Assembly (NCBI GenBank): GCA_963700985.1
Contig: OY969554.1
Coordinates: forward strand, 1,760,001-1,824,000
DNA length: 64,000 nucleotides
Direction: 5' to 3'
Origin: an uncultured Chlamydiales bacterium
Lineage (GTDB): Bacteria; Chlamydiota; Chlamydiia; Chlamydiales; Rhabdochlamydiaceae
Below the pieces are notes generated by a model that was not told the origin of the DNA, made no database searches, and saw only the letters and a list, made by a program, of their open reading frames with translations. The position numbers and the translations under genes were made by a program. Of this stretch, positions 40,081 through 48,979 are shown piece by piece. Position 1 is the first letter of the stretch. The number at the start of each line of letters is the position of its first letter.

Positions 40081-40617
40081 ATGCGTCGTTTTACTCTCTT
40101 TTTTCTTTTTGCAGCAGCTCTGTTCACAATAGATCTTTTATCAAAGGCCTACGTGAATCATTTTCTTCCTGTATTAGGATATGCCTCTCCGATCTATCCC
40201 TATGGTGGCATTGCTGTATTTGAAAACTGGGGCGGGATCGATTTTTCGATTAACCACGTGCTCAATAAAGGTGCAGCTTGGGGGATGCTTTCGAGTTTTC
40301 ATGAGTATCTCTTTTATGCGCGCCTTCTGATCATAGCCGGTATGCTTTTCTATCTTTTTTTCTTTTCGCTGCCGAGCCAGCGTCTTCCTTTTCTGATGAT
40401 TGTTACCGGCGCTCTTGGAAATGTTTTCGATCATATTATTTATGGACATGTGATCGATATGTTCTACTTCCGCCTATGGGACTACTCTTTCCCTGTTTTC
40501 AATATTGCCGATAGTGCAATTTTCTGTGGCATCGCCTGGCTCATGTTACAGTCGTTCTTTAAGCCTAAACCAGAGTCAGAGCCTCTTTCAGCAAATGGAA
40601 TTTCGAAAGAAATCTAG
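40081..40617 (+). CDS. lspA: Lipoprotein signal peptidase II
   Basis: NKGAAWG, GALGNVFD, VIDM, FPVFNIAD. Confidence 0.95.
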   Translation: MRRFTLFFLFAAALFTIDLLSKAYVNHFLPVLGYASPIYPYGGIAVFENWGGIDFSINHVLNKGAAWGMLSSFHEYLFYARLLIIAGMLFYLFFFSLPSQRLPFLMIVTGALGNVFDHIIYGHVIDMFYFRLWDYSFPVFNIADSAIFCGIAWLMLQSFFKPKPESEPLSANGISKEI

Positions 40618-41329
40618 TGAACCTTCAGCTTTTCCACTGCAGCTCAGTACGCCTGCTTTGCAGGGAGTGATGCGTGCTTCAAAATGGCTCAAACATCAAG
40701 TCTTACTCGATGAATCTGAAATGCGCGATCTTTTTGCCGCACTTTCTCCCTTCGAAATTTTTGTGGTTAGTGAACCTGTTACTCGGGAGACGCTCCAAAT
40801 TGAAAAAGAAGATTTTTTGCAGAAGTATGCGGCTTATGTAAATGCACTTAAAGCCGGCATTCTTCCTGAGGAGCGCGAGCTGCGCCGATATTTTTCCGCA
40901 GTTTTCACGAGCACAAGAGAGGCGCTCTATGCCATGGAAGCCGGAAAGGAGCGCTATTTAGTTAAAACTATTAAGCCGGTGGTGCAGCTGCAGATCCATC
41001 ACTTCTTTGTTTCTAATATTGATGGGAAATTTCATTCCATGGTCTTAGGCAAAGATAGCATCACCTGGGGCATTCAATTTTCTTATCCCCAGATCTTTCA
41101 AAGTCCCACAACTTATGCTTACGCAAAAGTTGATAATAGCCAGGAATTTCCGAACACGGCACTTTTTCATCGCCTGGTGAAGTGGCTACGGTCACATACA
41201 CTTCCGACCCCTTTTGTTTTTCAAAATAAGCGCAGCAATGAACCGATTAGAATTGGCAGAAATTGCCTGCAATGGATTGAGCGGCATCCGGGTCTTGTGT
41301 CACATCAAGTGCAAATTGCAAAATTATGA
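40595..41329 (+). CDS. Hypothetical protein
   Basis: ORF in operon context between lspA and cinA; ATG 40595 chosen as start. Confidence 0.7.
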   Translation: MEFRKKSSEPSAFPLQLSTPALQGVMRASKWLKHQVLLDESEMRDLFAALSPFEIFVVSEPVTRETLQIEKEDFLQKYAAYVNALKAGILPEERELRRYFSAVFTSTREALYAMEAGKERYLVKTIKPVVQLQIHHFFVSNIDGKFHSMVLGKDSITWGIQFSYPQIFQSPTTYAYAKVDNSQEFPNTALFHRLVKWLRSHTLPTPFVFQNKRSNEPIRIGRNCLQWIERHPGLVSHQVQIAKL

Positions 41330-42552
41330 ATAACATTGAAATCATCACCATCGGTAGTGAGCTTTTAAGCGGTTTATATGCAGATCAGAATGCTTCTTTT
41401 TTAAGTGCTAAACTCGCTCTTGCTGGTTGGAAAGTTTCACGCCACACCACACTGCCCGATGACCCGCAAATTTTGCGCAAAGGCCTGGAAGAAGCCCTTA
41501 AACGCTCGAAACTGGTGATTGCAACGGGCGGGCTTGGCGCCACGCATGATGATCATACAAAACACATTGCTACGGATCTTTTAGGCGGTGAATTATTCGT
41601 AGATGAAGAGCTGCTTGCAGAGCTGCACGCACGTTACGGAACGGAAATTCCCACGCTCAAAGAGATGGCGCGTGTCCCTACAACGGCTCAAACCCTGCCT
41701 AATGCGGCAGGAGCCGCTCCAGGCTTAGTTTTTAAAACTGCACAGGGGCTACTCATCCTACTGCCAGGCGTACCTCATGAGATGCAGGTCATTTGTGAGC
41801 AGCAGCTTCTGCCCTATCTCGCAAAGCATCTTCCGGGTCAAGAAAAGTTGCACGTTGAGCTAGTGCATTTTTGTCTGCTTGAAGAGGGCAAAGTAGATAA
41901 GGTCGTGCGCGAGTTAAAAATACTGAGCCCACACATTCAAATTGGCCTCTATCCTTCCTATGGAAAATTGACCGTTTCTTGCTCTGAGCGCGATCCAAAT
42001 GCTTGTCGAGAATTTGCCTTGAAGCTGAAAGAGCATTTTAAAACGCATATTTTGCCTGAGTCGAGCGTAGAAAAATCGATCCAAAGTCGAATGATAATGG
42101 CTAAGAAAACCCTTGCATTGGCGGAGTCATGTACAGGAGGCAGGATCGCTTCGCAACTTACAGCCGTGCCTGGCGCTTCAGAATACTTTTTAGGTTCGCT
42201 TGTAACTTATGCAAATCAGTTGAAAAACTCTCTGCTACACGTGCCAGAGTCTTTATTGAATAAGCACGGAGCGGTAAGTGCAGAAGCTGTTGAAGCCATG
42301 CTGGCGGGTTTATTTAAATCTACCCATGCAGATTATGGAATAGCTGTCTCGGGGATTGCTGGTCCCACGGGAGGCACACCAGACAAACCCGTAGGAACGA
42401 TCTGGGCGGCAATAGGACAAAGAGGAGAGTCTCCTCACATTATGCACTTACAGCGCAAGGGCACCCGCGAGACAATCATCTTGTTTACGAGCGGCCATTT
42501 ACTGGCTACTTTCTGGCAAAAATTCCTCTTTCAAATCGATAAGAAAGCCTAG
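41326..42552 (+). CDS. cinA: CinA / NMN deamidase (PncC) family protein
   Basis: IITIGSELLSG, TGGLGATHDD, LPGVPHEM, AESCTGG, SGIAGPTGG..KPVG. Confidence 0.92.
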   Translation: MNNIEIITIGSELLSGLYADQNASFLSAKLALAGWKVSRHTTLPDDPQILRKGLEEALKRSKLVIATGGLGATHDDHTKHIATDLLGGELFVDEELLAELHARYGTEIPTLKEMARVPTTAQTLPNAAGAAPGLVFKTAQGLLILLPGVPHEMQVICEQQLLPYLAKHLPGQEKLHVELVHFCLLEEGKVDKVVRELKILSPHIQIGLYPSYGKLTVSCSERDPNACREFALKLKEHFKTHILPESSVEKSIQSRMIMAKKTLALAESCTGGRIASQLTAVPGASEYFLGSLVTYANQLKNSLLHVPESLLNKHGAVSAEAVEAMLAGLFKSTHADYGIAVSGIAGPTGGTPDKPVGTIWAAIGQRGESPHIMHLQRKGTRETIILFTSGHLLATFWQKFLFQIDKKA

Positions 42553-42595
42553 ATCTTTCAGCATCCAGATCATGCCCTGAATGCTTACGCCGTTT

Positions 42596-42793
42596 TTATT
42601 TGGTGAAAATTCTGCAAAAGATGCTGCCGAATGTAGCCAAGTCTTTAATGCTCAAAAAATTTGTTGCATATGCTTGATTTACAATTGGTAAATTCGCAAA
42701 TTGCATCGGAGAAATTTTTAATCTTTTAGCAGGAGGCAAAAGAGTTTGACTATGTTGAGAAGAAGAAAAGGTTCTTTTAATGGCAACAGACAT
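42596..42793 (-). pseudogene. Truncated F-box-like ORF with NLS-like motif
   Basis: PPAKRLK followed by FANLP.....TNFLSIKDLATF; only 65 aa. Confidence 0.4.
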
Positions 42794-42916
42794 ACTAATT
42801 TAATCGATATAATTGAGATTTCTTCCAAGTTTTATATGTCTGAAGGGTTTTTTTTAGAATAAAAACTGCTGGTTTGCTATGATAGTTGCCAAAGTAAATA
42901 ATTTTTTATTCAAAAA

Positions 42917-43744
42917 ATGCAGTATTCTCTTCTCGATAGTGGCAACCAGAAAAAATTGGAACGGTTTGGAGATTACCTTTTAGTGCGCCCTTGCGCACAG
43001 GCGCTTTGGCAGCCTGATCTTCCCGCAAAAGCTTGGGCTGAAGCCGACGGCATTTTTACCCGTGACAATGGCAACTCGTGGGCTGGCAAGAAAACGCTTC
43101 CTCCTTCTTGGGTGGTTGAGCTCGAAGGCTTAAAATTTAAAATCGCGCCCACCGATTTTGGGCATCTAGGTCTTTTTCCTGAACATAGTCTTTTCTGGCC
43201 TTGGATGCATGAGCGCATTCAGCAGCGCGGCAAAGGTGTGCGTGTGCTCAATCTTTTCGCCTACTCAGGTGGCGCAACACTTGCCGCTGCACGTGCCGGC
43301 GCAACTGTTTGCCATCTCGATGCTTCAAAGGGGATGGTGGCTTGGGCGCGCGAGAACGCTGCACTTAATCGATTGAGCGATGCTCCGATTCGTTGGATTG
43401 TGGATGATGTGCTGAAGTTTTTGCTGCGCGAAGAGAAACGCGGCTCAACTTACGATGGAATTATCTTAGATCCTCCTAGTTTTGGCAGAGGCAAACAAGG
43501 CGAAGTATTTAAAATAGAACGCGATCTTCTGTTGATTCTTGAAAAGTGCCGCCAAGTGCTAAGCGACAAGCCCCTCTTCGTGATCTTTACAAGTCACACT
43601 CCGGGCATGACGCCCATTGTGATGAAGCAGCTGATGAACGACTTGATGAAAAAGGGAACAGTAGAAAGCGGTGAGATGGTCTTGCCCTCAAAGAGCTGTA
43701 AAACTGTGCCATCAGGAAGCTTTGCGCGGTGGAGTCATGATTAA
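42917..43744 (+). CDS. Class I SAM-dependent methyltransferase (RlmI/RlmK-like)
   Basis: HLGLFPE, VLNLFAYSGG, IILDPPSF. Confidence 0.88.
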   Translation: MQYSLLDSGNQKKLERFGDYLLVRPCAQALWQPDLPAKAWAEADGIFTRDNGNSWAGKKTLPPSWVVELEGLKFKIAPTDFGHLGLFPEHSLFWPWMHERIQQRGKGVRVLNLFAYSGGATLAAARAGATVCHLDASKGMVAWARENAALNRLSDAPIRWIVDDVLKFLLREEKRGSTYDGIILDPPSFGRGKQGEVFKIERDLLLILEKCRQVLSDKPLFVIFTSHTPGMTPIVMKQLMNDLMKKGTVESGEMVLPSKSCKTVPSGSFARWSHD

Positions 43745-44576
43745 TAGAGCTGAAATTACCAGTGCGCAGAATCCCAAACTTAAAGAAGCTTGCAAATTAA
43801 AAGAACGCAGCACGCGCGATGAGACAGGTTTTTTTCTCATCGAAGGTTACCGCGAACTTAAACGCGCTGTCGATGGCGGCATCCACTTACATACGCTTTT
43901 TATCTGCCCAGAATTCTTTTTAGGTGTCAACGAACCTGCTCTTATTGCGCAAATTGAAGAGAGTGGCTGTAAAACTTATGTTTGCGCTTCACATGTTTTT
44001 GAAAAACTCTCTTATCGCGATCGTCCTGATGGGCTTGTAGCGATTGCACATCAGATGAAACATGGCTTAAAAGATCTCTTGCCCAAAGTTGCGGCAAGTA
44101 AAAATCCCTTTCTATTAATCGCCGAAGCCATTGAGAAGCCCGGTAATTTAGGCAGCATCTTGCGCTCATCCGATGCGGTTGCCGTCGATGGCGTAGTGGT
44201 TTGCGATCGCTGCACAGATATTTATAATCCCAATGTGGTGCGTGCAAGCGTAGGCACACTTTTTACACAACCTGTGGTAGAAGCTGGTGGTGCAGAAACA
44301 ATTCTCTGGTTAAGAGAAAAGAAGATTAAAATCGTGGCTGCCACTCCACATGCTGAACGTGAATTTACCGATATCGATCTCAGTGGGCCAGTTGCCATTG
44401 CAGTAGGCACTGAGCAGCTCGGGCTTTCAGAACCCTGGATGCAAGCATGTGATTTGCAAGCGCGCATTCCAATGTTAGGCATAGCCGATTCGCTCAACGT
44501 AGCTACTGCCGCTACTATCCTGCTTTATGAAGTCCTAAGACAGAGAAGACATGCATCCATCAATCCTCTTTTTTGA
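43737..44576 (+). CDS. TrmH/SpoU family RNA methyltransferase
   Basis: ITSAQNP, EKPGNLGSILR, VGTEQLGL, IPMLG.ADSLNVA. Confidence 0.93.
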   Translation: MINRAEITSAQNPKLKEACKLKERSTRDETGFFLIEGYRELKRAVDGGIHLHTLFICPEFFLGVNEPALIAQIEESGCKTYVCASHVFEKLSYRDRPDGLVAIAHQMKHGLKDLLPKVAASKNPFLLIAEAIEKPGNLGSILRSSDAVAVDGVVVCDRCTDIYNPNVVRASVGTLFTQPVVEAGGAETILWLREKKIKIVAATPHAEREFTDIDLSGPVAIAVGTEQLGLSEPWMQACDLQARIPMLGIADSLNVATAATILLYEVLRQRRHASINPLF

Positions 44577-45204
44577 TAACCACATTCTGGTTGCTTTCAA
44601 GCCAGCGGGTCTTGCCACACAACCTGCGATGGGTGATGAGCGCAGCTTAGAAGATTGGGCCAAGAAATGGCTTAAGGCTGAAATCAAAAAAGATGGAAAC
44701 GTCTTTCTCGTGCCCATCCATCGGCTCGATAAGCCCGTAAGCGGCCTTGTGCTCTTTGCGCGTTCTAGTAAGGCTCTTTCCAGATTAAATGAGATGATGC
44801 GCGAACGCAAAATTCTCAAACGTTACCATGCGCAGGTCGAAGGCCGACTTCCAGCAGATGAGGGCACGCTCGAACACTATCTCGTTCACGATAAATTTAT
44901 CGCGCGTGTAGCCAGTGCAAATGAGCCGGATGCCAAAAGAGCTGCGCTCACTTATCGCACGCTTTTTCCTCAGATGGTAGAAGTTGAGTTAGAAACTGGA
45001 AGATATCATCAAATCCGCGCGCAATTTGCAGCCATCGGCTGTCCCATTGTAGGCGACAGCAAGTATGGAAGTAAAAAAGCTCCCACATATCAGTCGATCG
45101 CACTGCAACATGTGCATCTCGAATTTCTTCATCCTGTCACCAAAGCACAACTAAGCTTTACGGTTCCAAAAAAACTCTCCTTAAGCGCACTTTCTTTGAA
45201 TTGA
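44551..45204 (+). CDS. RluA family pseudouridine synthase
   Basis: KPAGL, HRLDKPVSG, LETGRYHQIR, PIVGDSKYG. Confidence 0.93.
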   Translation: MHPSILFFDNHILVAFKPAGLATQPAMGDERSLEDWAKKWLKAEIKKDGNVFLVPIHRLDKPVSGLVLFARSSKALSRLNEMMRERKILKRYHAQVEGRLPADEGTLEHYLVHDKFIARVASANEPDAKRAALTYRTLFPQMVEVELETGRYHQIRAQFAAIGCPIVGDSKYGSKKAPTYQSIALQHVHLEFLHPVTKAQLSFTVPKKLSLSALSLN

Positions 45205-45217
45205 AGAAAGAAAAAAG

Positions 45218-45406
45218 ATTTCACCACAGAGGCACAGAGAACACTGAGTAAAGAAAAAGAAATCCTTTTTTTGTAAGTGAAACAAAAAAAGGACACTCTC
45301 TCGCCTCGTAAACATCGGCGAAGCCGAGAAGGTATTATTTTTTCGCTTCACTCGCGAAAAAACAATCTTTCTTCCTCTGTGCTCTCTGTGTCTCTGTGAT
45401 GAAATT
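45218..45406. repeat. REP-like palindromic element (caccacagag...ctctgtgatg)
   Basis: Arms at 45218-45257 and ~45375-45405. Arm 45218-45257 is the inverted copy of 49967-50006 (38/40). Confidence 0.7.
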
Positions 45407-45514
45407 CTTAAATCTTGTTTAGTAGTGAAGCTGCTCACAGAAGCCAGTTGTTAAAAACTTCTGAATTATTCACACTCTTTGTCTTCTCTTAATCATAAAA
45501 CGCGGGGTTGGATT

Positions 45515-46459
45515 ATGTCTTCAATAGGTCATGTTGGTAGAGCAGGGGCAGAGATTGGCGCTATTATTGCACCGCCTGGAGGCCTAGTCGTAATGCAGGG
45601 AAGGGAAGAGGGCAAAGAGACGCCTGCTGCTGCATTTTCCGATCCAGCTCGAGACACAAGCGTTTTTTTGCAGCGCATGAAAGAACAAGATGAAGATAGA
45701 CGAAAACTCACCACAAAACTAAGCGCTGCGCCAGGCAAAAGACTAGAATTTAAAGTCGCTCCTCCATCAGCAGTTCCCCTAAGCACAAAAGTAGCCCCCA
45801 CCTCCGCAGATCTAAAAAAACTGTTTCCGAAATTAGAAGTCCTCGATGAGGCTGTTTGGAAAACGCACGTGGATTTAGATGCGTTTGGAATGTCGGTAGA
45901 AGACGCGCCGCCTCTTGATGCAAACACCATCTCCATCCTGAAAACCCTCTTTGCTTCTCTGCCGATAGAAGGAGACGCAGGCATCACGCTTTTGACCCTG
46001 CCGAGAGGACTTACATTGAACAAACTCGTGAAGCTTGCAGCGTCCCCTAAACAGGGCAATGCAGCTAAATTTCAGCACATTGACTCGGATGCGTTAAAAG
46101 CGTTTGGAGACACTCCTATTAACAAGACTTATCGAGTGGCGATTACAAACAACGTGCTTAAAGGAAGCAGAAAGTTGTCCGTAGATAAGCAGCATGAGCT
46201 CGTAAAGAAAATGGGCTGTGAAATGCCAGGAATATTACCAGCAGCAACGCTCGCTATTTTAACGTACATGAGTTCTAGAGCAACGTCCCCAACCCGTCTA
46301 TTTAGCAATGGGCCATTAACTTATACGCGTTGTGCAGAGAAAGTTGGTGTCCACAACTTAGGTGTTGGGGGCTTTGCCCCGGCTGGCCTCTACATCCCTC
46401 GCCATCGCGTCGACTTTGACTTCGAGGACTGTGGTGTCGGGGGTCTGCGGAAGTTGTAG
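45515..46459 (+). CDS. Putative effector A1 with shared C-terminal (CLec-like, putative DGR-target) domain
   Basis: Shared LDE.VW.THVD, GITLLTLP.GLT.NKL, ITNNVLK.SR, TYTRCAE and GV..LRK. blocks across the four paralogues. Confidence 0.75.
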   Translation: MSSIGHVGRAGAEIGAIIAPPGGLVVMQGREEGKETPAAAFSDPARDTSVFLQRMKEQDEDRRKLTTKLSAAPGKRLEFKVAPPSAVPLSTKVAPTSADLKKLFPKLEVLDEAVWKTHVDLDAFGMSVEDAPPLDANTISILKTLFASLPIEGDAGITLLTLPRGLTLNKLVKLAASPKQGNAAKFQHIDSDALKAFGDTPINKTYRVAITNNVLKGSRKLSVDKQHELVKKMGCEMPGILPAATLAILTYMSSRATSPTRLFSNGPLTYTRCAEKVGVHNLGVGGFAPAGLYIPRHRVDFDFEDCGVGGLRKL

Positions 46460-46504
46460 CCGCCCCGACCGAAAGTATAAATTTTGAAAAATAATGAGGT
46501 AAAT

Positions 46505-47410
46505 ATGGCTTCGCTCTCCCGCTTCCTTTCATTTTTTTCCCCGCGTTCTTACATGGAAGAAGTAAAACAACAAACAAAAAGTCATGAACATGCTACGGAT
46601 AAAAAGCATGTTTCATTAAAGGATCGCGCCCTCTTGTGTATTTTTGCATTTTTACCCCCGGAAGATTTAGGCCGGACATCCTGCGTTTGTAGAGATTGGA
46701 GGGTATTGGCATCCGAAGATCACCTGTGGAGAGCCCTGGATCTAAAAAAAATATTCCGATTAACGCTTCTAGATGAAAAAGTTTGGGAAACTCATGTGGA
46801 TTGTGCGGCTTTAGGTCTAGATCTGACAGGCGCTCCGCCTCTGAATCAAAATAAAGAGACTGTAAGATTTCTAAAAGGAATCTGTGCTCAGATTTGCGCC
46901 GAGGTAGAAGGAGATGCAGGCATCACGCTTTTGACCCTGCCTAAAGGACTTACATTTAACAAACTCATGAAGCTTGCAGCGTCCCCTAAACAGGGCAATG
47001 CAGCTAAATTTGAGTTCATTTGGGGGGATGCTTTAAAAGCGTTTGGAGACACTCCTGTTGACAAGACTTATCGAGTGGCGATCACAAACAATGTGCTTAA
47101 AGGAAGTAGAAGTCTGTCCGTAGATATGCAGCACGAGCTCGTAAAGAAAATGGGCTGCGAAATGCCCAGAACGTTACCGGCAGCTACGCTCGCTATTTTA
47201 ACCTATATGAGTTCGCGAGCAGTATCTCCAACCCGTCTATATAGCGATGAGCCGTATACCTATACGAGTTGTGCAGAGCAGATTGGTCTCTACACCTTGG
47301 TTGTTGGGGGCTTCGCCCCGGCTGGCCTCGTGGTCAGCAACGTCCACGACTTTGGCGGCGAGCACTATGGCGTGGGTTGCCTGCGGAAGTTAACGGTACT
47401 TGGGACTTGA
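46505..47410 (+). CDS. F-box protein B1 with shared C-terminal (putative DGR-target) domain
   Basis: LLCIFAFLPPEDLGRTSCVCRDWRVLASEDHLWR is a textbook F-box; GAGGT RBS before ATG 46505. Confidence 0.85.
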   Translation: MASLSRFLSFFSPRSYMEEVKQQTKSHEHATDKKHVSLKDRALLCIFAFLPPEDLGRTSCVCRDWRVLASEDHLWRALDLKKIFRLTLLDEKVWETHVDCAALGLDLTGAPPLNQNKETVRFLKGICAQICAEVEGDAGITLLTLPKGLTFNKLMKLAASPKQGNAAKFEFIWGDALKAFGDTPVDKTYRVAITNNVLKGSRSLSVDMQHELVKKMGCEMPRTLPAATLAILTYMSSRAVSPTRLYSDEPYTYTSCAEQIGLYTLVVGGFAPAGLVVSNVHDFGGEHYGVGCLRKLTVLGT

Positions 47411-47473
47411 ACCATTGGTACTTGTCACGGCCATTGTTTCCTTGCTCTTTGGGAGACCGGCTCCGCCGGTCTC
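47393..47473 (+). other. IMH-like tract plus 9-bp GC hairpin (or intrinsic terminator) after B1
   Basis: Repeated acttg/ccattg/ctttg units, then gagaccggc-tcc-gccggtctc (GGA loop on the minus strand) followed by aaattttttt. Confidence 0.55.
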
Positions 47474-47727
47474 TAAATTTTTTTAAATCTCGTTTCTTAT
47501 CCAATACGCATTATTCCGACATTTTCACTCGGTTTTGCGGCCTGACTGGTAGGTCGATGGCACCTAACAACCATTCGAACACATCGCGTGATTTTTGCCC
47601 AAAGAACCTCAAACAAGCAGCAAATGGTAAAATGTGCCATTTGCTGCTCACAGAAGCCAGTTGTTAAAAACTTCTGAATTATTCACACTCTTTGTCTCCT
47701 CTTAATCATAAAACGCGGGGTTGGATT

Positions 47728-48864
47728 ATGTCTTCAATAGGTCATGTTGGTAGAGTAGGGGCAGGGATTGGCGCGGGTTTTGATTTCCGAGTTGAATCAC
47801 CTGAGGTAAGAGCGCTAAGAGTCAAAGCTGAAGCTGGCGACGCGCAGGCACAATATGAGCTAGGCACCATTATTGCACCGCCCGGAGGCCTAGTCGTAAT
47901 GCAGGGAAGGGAAGAGGGCAAAGAGACGCCTGCTGCTGCATTTTCCGATCCAGCTCGAGACACAAGCGTTCTTTTGCAGCGCATGAAAGAACAAGATGAA
48001 GACAGACGAAAACTCACCACAAAACTAAGCGCCGCCTCTGGTGAAAGACTAGAATTTAAAGTCGCTTCTCCATCAGAAGCTCCGGCAAAAAATGAAGAGC
48101 ACAAGAGCTCCGCCCATCTGCACTCTACCACACCTCTTGCCGCAGCCCTTAATTTTTGGCGGTCCCTTTGGAGCGAAAAATCCACTGCTCCCGTAAGTGC
48201 AAAAGCAGCCATCACCTCCACTGATTTAAAAAAACTATTTCCGAAGTTACAAGTCCTCGATGAGGCAGTTTGGGAAACGCACGTGGATTTAGATGCTTTT
48301 GGAATGTCGGTAAAAGACGCGCCGCCTCTTGATGCAAGCACCATATCCACCCTGAAAAACCTTTTTGATTCCTCATGGATAGATAGCGACGCAGGGATCA
48401 CGCTTTTGACCCTGCCGAGAGGGCTTACATTGAACAAACTCGTGAAGCTTGCATCATCCCCTAAACAGGGCAATGCCGCTAAATTTGTGCACATTTGTAC
48501 GGATGCTTTAAGGGGTCTTGGAGACGCTTCTGTTGACGAGACTTATCGAGTGGTGATCACAAACAATGTGCTTAAAGAAAGCAGAGGTTTGACTGTAGAT
48601 CGGCAGCTCAAACTCCTAACACATATAGGCTGCGAAATGCCTGAAACGTTACCGGCAGCAACACTCGCTATTTTAACCTATGTGAGTTCTCGAGCAGCGT
48701 CTCCAACTCGTCTATATAGCGAGGCGCCGTTAACCTATACGCGTTGTGCAGAGAAGAGTGATCGCTACCACTTGGCTGTTGGGTGCTCCTCAGTCGGCTT
48801 CTTAGTCAGTCTTTGCCCCTTTACCGATGAGAGCATCGGCGTTGGGGGGATGGTGAGAGTGTAG
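47728..48864 (+). CDS. Putative effector A2 (paralogue of A1, with a Sel1-like fragment)
   Basis: Upstream region and N-terminus duplicate A1; extra KAEAGDAQAQYELG segment. Confidence 0.75.
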   Translation: MSSIGHVGRVGAGIGAGFDFRVESPEVRALRVKAEAGDAQAQYELGTIIAPPGGLVVMQGREEGKETPAAAFSDPARDTSVLLQRMKEQDEDRRKLTTKLSAASGERLEFKVASPSEAPAKNEEHKSSAHLHSTTPLAAALNFWRSLWSEKSTAPVSAKAAITSTDLKKLFPKLQVLDEAVWETHVDLDAFGMSVKDAPPLDASTISTLKNLFDSSWIDSDAGITLLTLPRGLTLNKLVKLASSPKQGNAAKFVHICTDALRGLGDASVDETYRVVITNNVLKESRGLTVDRQLKLLTHIGCEMPETLPAATLAILTYVSSRAASPTRLYSEAPLTYTRCAEKSDRYHLAVGCSSVGFLVSLCPFTDESIGVGGMVRV

Positions 48865-48979
48865 TGTGGTCAACACGCCTGGAACTTGTCATGGCCATTG
48901 TTCCCTTGGTCTTTGTGAGATCGGCTCCGCCAATTCCAGGAGTTTTGCGTTCAATGTTTGAAAAATAATAAGGTAAAAT

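Noticed and set aside
47474-47690. Possible DGR template repeat in the spacer between B1 and A2
   Set aside because: No alignment to the variable tails and no AAC-rich copy of the GGFAPAGL block; no RT ORF in the window either.
45529-48494. Long antisense ORFs 45529..46059 and 47742..48494
   Set aside because: Shadows of the duplicated A genes; their mutual similarity just reflects the duplication.
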